Sequence record: PV611058.1
Direction: 5' to 3' (one strand)
DNA length: 64,000 nt
The notes beneath the pieces are model-generated. The model made no database searches. It had not been told where the DNA came from and worked only from the letters and a program-made list of their open reading frames with translations. Each line of letters starts with the position of its first letter. The stretch's first letter is position 1. Shown one piece after another: positions 57,239 through 63,886 of this stretch. Made by a program: the position numbers and the translations under genes.

Positions 57239-57449
57239 ATTTATTTTCGATACAAATCATGAGTTCTCTAAGATAGTTTTTTATCTTACCTTCCTGATGG
57301 TTCGTCCCCAGGAAGTTGCATAACTCTGCTTCTATTATTTTGATTCTTCTGGTGTCAGGTTTCAATCTTTTGTTATTGAAGATTTGAATCCTTATATCCC
57401 TTGATGCATTTAAACGTTTTTGATATTCATGGAAAGATAAATTAATCAT
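57201..57449 (-). CDS. family B paralog
   Basis: LGTNHQEGKI. Confidence 0.85.
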   Translation of the reverse strand: MINLSFHEYQKRLNASRDIRIQIFNNKRLKPDTRRIKIIEAELCNFLGTNHQEGKIKNYLRELMICIENKCEVDEHANDQFK

Positions 57450-57673
57450 TTACTTTGTATCTCTCTCTTGAGGGCATCAATTAACAACAGTACAGCATTC
57501 TCTTGATAGTTTGTTCCTAAGACTGAAAGCATCTTAATCTCATTTACTACAATCAACTTCTTTGAGCGTTCAATAATGTTACTATTATAAACGGCGTTAC
57601 GTGCTGGATAAGTTTTTGCAAGACGTTCATAATATTCATCTTTACTTAAATTAATCATTTGCATTTCTCGCAC
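57446..57673 (-). CDS. family B paralog
   Basis: LGTNYQENAV. Confidence 0.85.
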   Translation of the reverse strand: MREMQMINLSKDEYYERLAKTYPARNAVYNSNIIERSKKLIVVNEIKMLSVLGTNYQENAVLLLIDALKREIQSK

Positions 57674-57899
57674 GTTTACTTAGTTTACTTCCAATGTATT
57701 TCTTAAGTGTAATTATATATTCCTCTACATAATACTCCTGATAGTTAGTTCCTAAGAATGCACATAGCTTTGTCTCACGCTTCATAATCATCTTATTTTC
57801 GTGTTTGTTTACTTCACCGAAATGGATTTCATTAAGTTTAGGTAAGATTTTTGCTTGGCGTTCTTTATATTCAGATTTACTTAAATTAATCATTTGCAT
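57651..57899 (-). CDS. family B paralog
   Basis: LGTNYQEYYV. Confidence 0.85.
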   Translation of the reverse strand: MQMINLSKSEYKERQAKILPKLNEIHFGEVNKHENKMIMKRETKLCAFLGTNYQEYYVEEYIITLKKYIGSKLSKRARNAND

Positions 57900-58108
57900 T
57901 TACTTTTGACCTCCTTGACTAATGCATCAACCCACATGTCTATATACATTTGTTGATAGTTTGTCCCTATGAGTGCCCCTGCATAGAGTTCAGCTATCAA
58001 TGTATGTTTTAGGTTGGCAGGGATGCTCTTATCAGATTGAATCTTTACTCTTCTGTTGGCACATGTTTTCAGGAGTCTGATGTATTCAAAGCCTTGTAAT
58101 TTTCTCAT
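57890..58108 (-). CDS. family B paralog
   Basis: IGTNYQQMYI. Confidence 0.85.
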   Translation of the reverse strand: MRKLQGFEYIRLLKTCANRRVKIQSDKSIPANLKHTLIAELYAGALIGTNYQQMYIDMWVDALVKEVKSKCK

Positions 58109-58320
58109 TCTTTTGATATCACCTTGTTACGTAAGGCACTTAACAATACGTCAGTGTAGATGTTTTGATAGTTTGTTCCTACGAATGCACCCAACTTCAT
58201 TTCAGCTATTATAACACATTTATCCTCTTGTGCAATAGACTTGTCTAAAGAAATACTAACAACTTTCCTTCTTATAGCTTGTAACCTCCAATGATACTGA
58301 TACTCATTTAGTGTTATCAT
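58105..58320 (-). CDS. family B paralog
   Basis: VGTNYQNIYT. Confidence 0.85.
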   Translation of the reverse strand: MITLNEYQYHWRLQAIRRKVVSISLDKSIAQEDKCVIIAEMKLGAFVGTNYQNIYTDVLLSALRNKVISKE

Positions 58321-58555
58321 TCTCTCGCCTCCATATCTCGGTTCTAATGTGTTGACATTGTGCTTCGATGAACATATCTATTGATTTGGCAATTGCGTTT
58401 TTATCTGTGCCTGTCATCAGTACAAGCATCTCGGCCTCACAGTGAAGTAAACGCATGATATCATAGGGTAATATTCCAGATACCGTGTCATAGTGTTTCT
58501 GTGCCAGTGTCTGCAATAGTTTACAATACATTTTGTGATTTAGTCTGTGTCGCAT
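58304..58555 (-). CDS. family B paralog (divergent)
   Basis: MTGTDKNAIA. Confidence 0.75.
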   Translation of the reverse strand: MRHRLNHKMYCKLLQTLAQKHYDTVSGILPYDIMRLLHCEAEMLVLMTGTDKNAIAKSIDMFIEAQCQHIRTEIWRRENDNTK

Positions 58556-58812
58556 TGTTTATTCCATTCTTTTTTGGCCTTGATGGTTTTATATTGGATT
58601 TGGTTTCTTAATGCTGATAAGTATCGTTGAATGAACAGATCTTGATAGTTTGTTCCAATGAATTTCATAAGATAAAGTTCACCGTTGATAACATCCACTT
58701 CAGGTGCACCATATAAGGCATTGTTTTTTCTAAGGGCATGGATTAAAGAGAATAGGGCAGTTTGATACTCAACTCCTGATAAAGTCTTCATGTTTTGTGA
58801 GCCAATAATCAT
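58540..58812 (-). CDS. family B paralog
   Basis: IGTNYQDLFI. Confidence 0.85.
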   Translation of the reverse strand: MIIGSQNMKTLSGVEYQTALFSLIHALRKNNALYGAPEVDVINGELYLMKFIGTNYQDLFIQRYLSALRNQIQYKTIKAKKEWNKQCDTD

Positions 58813-59050
58813 CTAGTTTATCCTGTATAACATTCATTAATTGTTCGACATATTCTGTGCAAAACTTATCTTGATATTGAGTCCCCATAAAGTACAGCAA
58901 CCATAGCTCATTAACTTTAGCTCGCATTTGGTTCCATGTAAGGCTGGGGTCATCGTAGACTATCCTTGCTATAGGGGTTAGTTTACGGACTATAGTTTCA
59001 TATTCATCTAGTGTTAAGTGTTTCATTTGCCTAAATCCCTGACATGACAT
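58769..59050 (-). CDS. family B paralog
   Basis: MGTQYQDKFC. Confidence 0.85.
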   Translation of the reverse strand: MSCQGFRQMKHLTLDEYETIVRKLTPIARIVYDDPSLTWNQMRAKVNELWLLYFMGTQYQDKFCTEYVEQLMNVIQDKLDDYWLTKHEDFIRS

Positions 59051-59247
59051 TTTAAGGCCGTGATGTGGTTGTCTACCATAACCTCCTGATAGTTTGTTCC
59101 TACAAATGGTATTAATGTTGAGTCTGTTAGTATAACATACTTTTCATTGGATGTTAGTGATTCATCATCGTAAACTTGAAGTCTAAAGTTCTTCCCTTGT
59201 TCTAATCGTTTAAGATATTCTTGAGTGTTTATGTCTTTCATTTGCAT
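59023..59247 (-). CDS. family B paralog
   Basis: VGTNYQEVMV. Confidence 0.85.
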   Translation of the reverse strand: MQMKDINTQEYLKRLEQGKNFRLQVYDDESLTSNEKYVILTDSTLIPFVGTNYQEVMVDNHITALKCHVRDLGK

Positions 59248-59456
59248 TTGTCCCTTATTAAATCAGTGAGGGCAACTATGTGTGCAACAACATACTCTTC
59301 CTGAAAGTTCGTCCCCAGTACAGCCATCATGCGTATATCGGTGGTGTTTATCCTGTGTTCCCTTACACATAAACCTTCTGTGTGAGGAAGTGTAAAATAT
59401 TTGTTTATTGCAGCAACGATAATTTTATTCTTCTCGGAATTACTTAAATGTTTCAT
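59238..59456 (-). CDS. family B paralog
   Basis: LGTNFQEEYV. Confidence 0.85.
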   Translation of the reverse strand: MKHLSNSEKNKIIVAAINKYFTLPHTEGLCVREHRINTTDIRMMAVLGTNFQEEYVVAHIVALTDLIRDKCK

Positions 59457-59665
59457 AGTTTACTCTTAATGTATTTCTGGAGTGCAATTATATACTCATT
59501 CAAGAAATGCTCCTGATAGTCTGTGCCGAGGAATGCACCCAATAGTATATCATTTTCCAATACTAATGCTAAGTTCAAATCATCAGTCTCTTCATATACT
59601 ATGAGAATTTCAAGTTGTCTTGCAGCGACGCGTTCGGTATATAGATTTGAGTTAATGCTATTCAT
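59453..59665 (-). CDS. family B paralog
   Basis: LGTDYQEHFL. Confidence 0.85.
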   Translation of the reverse strand: MNSINSNLYTERVAARQLEILIVYEETDDLNLALVLENDILLGAFLGTDYQEHFLNEYIIALQKYIKSKL

Positions 59666-59874
59666 AGTTTACTCTTAATGTAATTCTGGAGTGCAATTAA
59701 GTATTCCCCTACATAATACACCTGAAAGTCTGTATCCAAAAATGCACCCATAAGTAAATCTTTTTCTAATACCCTTGATAAGTTAAGGTCTGCATTTGAA
59801 TTGTATATAATTAAGATTTTATTCTGGACAGAAACAAAACGTATCTTATATTCTTCTGGTGTTAAAAAAATCAT
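59662..59874 (-). CDS. family B paralog
   Basis: LDTDFQVYYV. Confidence 0.85.
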   Translation of the reverse strand: MIFLTPEEYKIRFVSVQNKILIIYNSNADLNLSRVLEKDLLMGAFLDTDFQVYYVGEYLIALQNYIKSKL

Positions 59875-60080
59875 AGTTTACTCTTAATATCTTCTATTAA
59901 AAAATGAATCCAATCGTCAACATACTCTTCCTGATGGTTTGTGTTCAGTACAGCCAACATGCGGATCTCTGCTCTTGCAACTTGGATTTCAGTTTTAGAA
60001 AGGTCTTTGCTGATATCAAACATTAAGTCCATGTATTTCAAGATAAGACCGAATGATTGGGTTCGTGTTATAGTTTTCAT
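59871..60080 (-). CDS. family B paralog
   Basis: LNTNHQEEYV. Confidence 0.85.
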   Translation of the reverse strand: MKTITRTQSFGLILKYMDLMFDISKDLSKTEIQVARAEIRMLAVLNTNHQEEYVDDWIHFLIEDIKSKL

Positions 60081-60277
60081 TGTTTCCTCGTGGACAATAT
60101 TTTATTTTTCAATGTATCCATATATTGAATCACCCATCTTTCCTGATAGTTAGTTCCCAAAGTAATCAAAAGGTATAACTCCATTCGTTCTACGTGTGTG
60201 TCTGTATTATAAATCTTTGTGAAGTTTTTACGTAACAGTTCTTGATAATCTTCTTTATTTAAAATACGCATTTTCAT
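60077..60277 (-). CDS. family B paralog
   Basis: LGTNYQERWV. Confidence 0.85.
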   Translation of the reverse strand: MKMRILNKEDYQELLRKNFTKIYNTDTHVERMELYLLITLGTNYQERWVIQYMDTLKNKILSTRKQ

Positions 60278-60471
60278 AGTCTACCTTTTATGTCCCTTCG
60301 TAATTCTTGTAAGTATAGTTCGATATACTTTTCTTGATAGTTAGTTCCTATGAAAAGTTTCATAACCAATTCACGCTTATATGCAATACCACGGATATGT
60401 GACATATGTAAGATATATGCCATGTTGGATATGAGTGTGTGGTTGTGCTCTTCTTGAGTTAAAATACGCAT
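60274..60471 (-). CDS. family B paralog (first gene of array)
   Basis: IGTNYQEKYI. Confidence 0.85.
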   Translation of the reverse strand: MRILTQEEHNHTLISNMAYILHMSHIRGIAYKRELVMKLFIGTNYQEKYIELYLQELRRDIKGRL

Positions 60472-60501
60472 AGGGACTCCATTAAAAATAATATCAATCC
60501 A

Positions 60502-60529
60502 ATAATATACGATTCATATAAAAAGTCAA
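60502..60529 (-). promoter_or_regulatory. sigma70-like promoter driving family B array
   Basis: TTGACT-16nt-TATTAT, SD GGAG before first ATG. Confidence 0.65.
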
Positions 60530-60622
60530 TAACATTTTATTAGTAATACCCCTTTATCGAAGTCGCTAAGGTTACCCGCCCTTTAGCCCCCTACGCATTT
60601 TGCCATAGTCCAATCCCTTTTT

Positions 60623-60698
60623 ATTCATAAAAGTCAAGGGATTACCTATGCATTTTTTTAACGCTGAAGTTTAAAAATGTCTTGACTTTTTTATGATT
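60623..60698. repeat. imperfect inverted repeat
   Basis: ATTCATAAAAGTCAAG ... CTTGACTTTTTTATGATT. Confidence 0.6.
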
Positions 60699-60720
60699 CA
60701 GTACTAAATCCTTTTACGCA

Positions 60721-60930
60721 TTAATCCTTCGTTACGCTTACGATTATCTGTGTATCCCCATAGTCCTGCCATACTTCCACGCCAGCCGTCGCCCTGGTTA
60801 GTCGTGCTGTCATCTGCTTAATGGTCTTAGGCTTTAGTGGAACCTGTTGCAGTACTGTACGCATAGCACCATCGACGTTATCATGTACGCCTGCAATAGT
60901 GCCTAGAACGTTGTATACTGTATAGATCAT
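60721..60930 (-). CDS. early-region hypothetical protein
   Basis: 69 aa with SD GGAG. Confidence 0.75.
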   Translation of the reverse strand: MIYTVYNVLGTIAGVHDNVDGAMRTVLQQVPLKPKTIKQMTARLTRATAGVEVWQDYGDTQIIVSVTKD

Positions 60931-60954
60931 GTGTATGTACTCCTGATATAGTTA

Positions 60955-60974
60955 AGGCCGCTAGAGAGCGGCCT
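60955..60974. repeat. intergenic GC-rich hairpin
   Basis: AGGCCGCT-AGAG-AGCGGCCT, no T-tract. Confidence 0.75.
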
Positions 60975-60998
60975 ATGATGTTTGATGATGTGTAACGC

Positions 60999-61400
60999 TT
61001 ACAACCCTAAGATAGTGCGTGCTTCGTTACGTTCCGTACACAGCTGCATGATGTGAGCAAGTAAGTCCTTGCTAATGTATCCGGTGTTCATAGCTTCACG
61101 AATAGATACATCATAAGCACCGAACCCAGTGCGAACGATACGCACATCATTCAGGTTAGTATTATAGATACCGCCGAGATCAACGGCTTCGAATACTACA
61201 TCAACAGAATATTCATTGTTGCCATCGTGGAAGTTTTCCAGTGCAATAGTATTGGAAACCGCCCAACGTTTGCAGTTTCCAATGATGCGGCACTGTTCCG
61301 GTTGGATAGTGCCATTACTTACAGCGTACTCCAGTGCATCTTTACCAAAAGTCCGAGCCAGTACTAAAACGTCAGCGAAGGAAGTGATTGAGAAGGTCAT
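60999..61400 (-). CDS. early-region hypothetical protein
   Basis: start MTFSITS after SD AAGGAG. Confidence 0.8.
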   Translation of the reverse strand: MTFSITSFADVLVLARTFGKDALEYAVSNGTIQPEQCRIIGNCKRWAVSNTIALENFHDGNNEYSVDVVFEAVDLGGIYNTNLNDVRIVRTGFGAYDVSIREAMNTGYISKDLLAHIMQLCTERNEARTILGL

Positions 61401-61420
61401 GATAAAACTCCTTAATTTAG

Positions 61421-61487
61421 GAGGGAGAACCATTTCCCCCTCTCTATGTAAAACATTATACATGAATCTAAGTACTATGCAAGTACT
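61421..61487 (-). promoter_or_regulatory. early promoter plus leader stem-loop cassette
   Basis: TTGCAT-16-TATAAT; GAGGGGGAA-ATGG-TTCTCCCTC; two AGTACT. Confidence 0.85.
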
Positions 61488-61489
61488 TT

Positions 61490-61822
61490 TTACATTTTAA
61501 TACCTGGATTCAGGTAGCGGTGAGATCCATATTCTGGATCGGTTTCGGTCCAGTACTGTAAATCTATAGTACCTTTAGCGTTAATCTTATCTACCAGCTT
61601 ATTCATCTTAGCGTATACTACATCAGCATCGATGCGTTTAAAGCCAGTGGCTTTAGTGAAGTAGTAGTGATTTGCTTCACTATCATTCAGGATGTACCGA
61701 GAACCGTTTGCCGTTTGTGCGATAATGATTGAGTATTCTACGTTACGGTCGAGGCCGTCGATGAATACAGAGGAAACATTAGTACGGATGAAAGCTTTAA
61801 CGATAGCGATTGAAGTAGTCAT
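61490..61822 (-). CDS. early-region hypothetical protein
   Basis: 110 aa with SD AGGAG. Confidence 0.8.
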   Translation of the reverse strand: MTTSIAIVKAFIRTNVSSVFIDGLDRNVEYSIIIAQTANGSRYILNDSEANHYYFTKATGFKRIDADVVYAKMNKLVDKINAKGTIDLQYWTETDPEYGSHRYLNPGIKM

Positions 61823-61842
61823 TTTGAATCTCCTAACTTTGT

Positions 61843-61904
61843 GGGCCGTCGCACCATTGCCGCCCTACGAGATACATTATCGCAGTACTGATATACTTTG
61901 TCAA
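61843..61904 (-). promoter_or_regulatory. early promoter plus leader stem-loop cassette
   Basis: TTGACA-17-GATAAT; GGGC.GCA-ATGG-TGC...GCCC; AGTACT in spacer. Confidence 0.8.
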
Positions 61905-62017
61905 TACTTTTTTTATTAATAGTTTTAGTTCCACCAGCAGATAGTTACTCACCGTTATTAACTATATATTTTGGATACACCTATGCACCCTGTGGGCTAG
62001 TTTTTGTCTATGCGTAT

Positions 62018-62057
62018 ATAATAGCAAAGGGACTGACCGGAGTCAATCCCTTTTTTT
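62018..62057. promoter_or_regulatory. hairpin/terminator overlapping minus-strand promoter
   Basis: AAAGGGACTGAC-CGGA-GTCAATCCCTTT with T-run on +; TTGACT-17-TATTAT on -. Confidence 0.65.
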
Positions 62058-62068
62058 ATTCTTTTTTG

Positions 62069-62269
62069 TTAGATGATTCTCCAATCATCAACGATCATGG
62101 TAAGATACCGAACCAGTGATTCGAGTGATTCGTGTTCTCGATAGTCTGCCGCTCCACCAGCGGTACAAGTACAGCCGATTAAGCCGTTTTGTAGTTCCTG
62201 GATCTTTACGTCGATCTGGTTGGCTTTAGCTTCTTTCAGTACTTCAACCAGGGCGATAGCGATAGACAT
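62069..62269 (-). CDS. early-region hypothetical protein
   Basis: 66 aa with SD GGAG. Confidence 0.75.
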   Translation of the reverse strand: MSIAIALVEVLKEAKANQIDVKIQELQNGLIGCTCTAGGAADYREHESLESLVRYLTMIVDDWRII

Positions 62270-62291
62270 AATGTTTTACTCCAAACTATTG

Positions 62292-62352
62292 GCGGGAGAA
62301 CTATTCCCCCGCTCTATGTAAAACATTATACATTACTGGTTAGTACTGTCAA
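62292..62352 (-). promoter_or_regulatory. early promoter plus leader stem-loop cassette
   Basis: TTGACA-16-TATAAT; GCGGGGGAA-TAG-TTCTCCCGC; AGTACT overlaps -35. Confidence 0.9.
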
Positions 62353-62359
62353 ATAGTTT

Positions 62360-62617
62360 TTATGAAATATCTTCGATGTAGTCGGCCCATTTCATTTTTT
62401 CAGTACTGTCAATGGCTACCGGATTATTTGGATCAAACCATTCACCATCACCGCAATACATACCCACGGCTACGGTTTTATAGCCATCCTGGGCCGTACA
62501 CCACGACATTGCACGATAGATATGGCCTTTAACTGGTTGCAGTACTGGTAACGTTTTATGGTCTTCTACGTAGGCCATAGCTTGAGGATTTACCCGATAT
62601 TGTGTGAACTGATCCAT
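62360..62617 (-). CDS. early-region hypothetical protein
   Basis: 85 aa. Confidence 0.8.
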   Translation of the reverse strand: MDQFTQYRVNPQAMAYVEDHKTLPVLQPVKGHIYRAMSWCTAQDGYKTVAVGMYCGDGEWFDPNNPVAIDSTEKMKWADYIEDIS

Positions 62618-62645
62618 TATGTTTCCCCTTGTAGTTAGTAAAGTT

Positions 62646-62681
62646 ATTACATCAGTACTATCAAGCTATGTCAATAGTACT
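62646..62681 (-). promoter_or_regulatory. early promoter
   Basis: TTGACA-17-TGTAAT; AGTACT in spacer and upstream of -35. Confidence 0.75.
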
Positions 62682-62693
62682 GAAATAAAACTT

Positions 62694-62918
62694 TTAGATT
62701 AGATTATTGAGGCCGTCAATGGTAGACTCACTTTCTTCTTTCTCCCATTGTCGGTAGTACTTCCATGCTTCATGATAGGTGGCGATTAGTTCATCTTTTT
62801 GATCCTGGTTACATGCCAGTACTGAATCACGGTGAGCGGTGTTATAGATAGAATCGAATGATTTCTTCTCTTCTGCCAGGTTAGCTACTTCCCGCATCAG
62901 TTCATCAAAGTTAGCCAT
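62694..62918 (-). CDS. early-region hypothetical (coiled-coil) protein
   Basis: 74 aa with SD AAGGAG. Confidence 0.8.
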   Translation of the reverse strand: MANFDELMREVANLAEEKKSFDSIYNTAHRDSVLACNQDQKDELIATYHEAWKYYRQWEKEESESTIDGLNNLI

Positions 62919-62936
62919 TTTATTACTCCTTTTAGT

Positions 62937-62998
62937 GGGGGAGGATATCTCCCCCTATGCAAAACATTATACTTTGTTTTAGTTATTATGCAAGTACT
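62937..62998 (-). promoter_or_regulatory. early promoter plus leader stem-loop cassette
   Basis: TTGCAT-16-TATAAT; GGGGGAG...CTCCCCC; AGTACT abuts -35. Confidence 0.85.
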
Positions 62999-63249
62999 TT
63001 TTTCATATAAACATTAAATTCTACACCGCCGTAACCTTCCACGATGATATGTTTTGCGTTATCACGTTTGCACATAGTGAAACCATCGTTTACGTGTTTT
63101 GCATTTTCCAGGGCGACATCACCGATAGCGGCACATACGGCACTAATAACAGTATTCCGCAAAGTACTGGTATCATTGGCGGTCATAGTAGTTTGCAGTA
63201 CTACGTTGTCGTATACGTGTGCATTGATAGTGATTTCGATAGTGTTCAT
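62986..63249 (-). CDS. early-region hypothetical protein
   Basis: start MNTIEIT after SD AGGAG. Confidence 0.8.
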   Translation of the reverse strand: MNTIEITINAHVYDNVVLQTTMTANDTSTLRNTVISAVCAAIGDVALENAKHVNDGFTMCKRDNAKHIIVEGYGGVEFNVYMKKVLA

Positions 63250-63267
63250 GGTGTATCTCCTGGACTT

Positions 63268-63334
63268 GAGGGGAAACCATTTCCCCCTCTCGATATAAAA
63301 CATTATACGTTAATCTAACTACAATGCAAGTACT
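63268..63334 (-). promoter_or_regulatory. early promoter plus leader stem-loop cassette
   Basis: TTGCAT-16-TATAAT; GAGGGGGAA-ATGG-TTTCCCCTC; AGTACT abuts -35. Confidence 0.85.
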
Positions 63335-63336
63335 TT

Positions 63337-63528
63337 TTAAATTTTATTTCCGATATAGTCCGGCATGTTCTTTTCAGTCATACGCTTTGCTAATGTCTGC
63401 ATATGGCTTATAGCGTTCAAGGTGTCTTCCTCCAGGGATGAATCAAGATAATCAGGATCATTCTTCACCTTGCAATGATTATGATATCGTAGTACTGCCA
63501 GTACTTTTTTAACTTCTTCAACTGTCAT
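63337..63528 (-). CDS. early-region hypothetical protein
   Basis: 63 aa. Confidence 0.7.
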   Translation of the reverse strand: MTVEEVKKVLAVLRYHNHCKVKNDPDYLDSSLEEDTLNAISHMQTLAKRMTEKNMPDYIGNKI

Positions 63529-63797
63529 AATAAGTACCCCACTTCGTTAGCTTTCAGGTTAGTATCAATCATCAGTGGATTTTTGTAGTTCACAAAACGA
63601 GTAGTTTTCTCGATAGCGAAACCCATATAATCCAGCTTACTAACAGTACATTCATTCTTAAAAACTTCTTTCGCTGCATCGATGGCTGATTGCATGGATA
63701 ACCGCCCATCTAAGTTAATATTTCCAAATGATCCACCAGCAGAAGTAGGATTACCGTTCATATCTTTAATGATCATAGTAGCGGAGTAGCTGGACAT
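63525..63797 (-). CDS. early-region hypothetical protein
   Basis: 90 aa with SD AAGGA. Confidence 0.8.
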   Translation of the reverse strand: MSSYSATMIIKDMNGNPTSAGGSFGNINLDGRLSMQSAIDAAKEVFKNECTVSKLDYMGFAIEKTTRFVNYKNPLMIDTNLKANEVGYLL

Positions 63798-63821
63798 AAT
63801 TTTGTTTCCTTTTATTGGTGT

Positions 63822-63880
63822 GGGGAGAACTATTCTCCCCTTGATGTAAACTATTATACAGTACTGATATACTTTGTCAA
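63822..63880 (-). promoter_or_regulatory. early promoter plus leader stem-loop cassette
   Basis: TTGACA-16-TATAAT; GGGGAGAA-TAG-TTCTCCCC; AGTACT in spacer. Confidence 0.9.
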
Positions 63881-63886
63881 ATACTT

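Noticed and set aside
54062-60471. ~220 bp periodic repeat (GATAGTTTGTTCC-like) resembling a CRISPR array
   Set aside because: The repeat is the GTNYQ codon block of consecutive ORFs, with synonymous variation. Units are open reading frames, and no cas genes are seen.
60999-63303. Extended N-termini in ORF track (61463, 63303)
   Set aside because: The extensions run through promoter/leader hairpins; SD-supported starts are 61400 and 63249.
63-63318. All plus-strand ORFs in the track
   Set aside because: They are antisense shadows of minus-strand genes, with no SD or promoter support and atypical composition.
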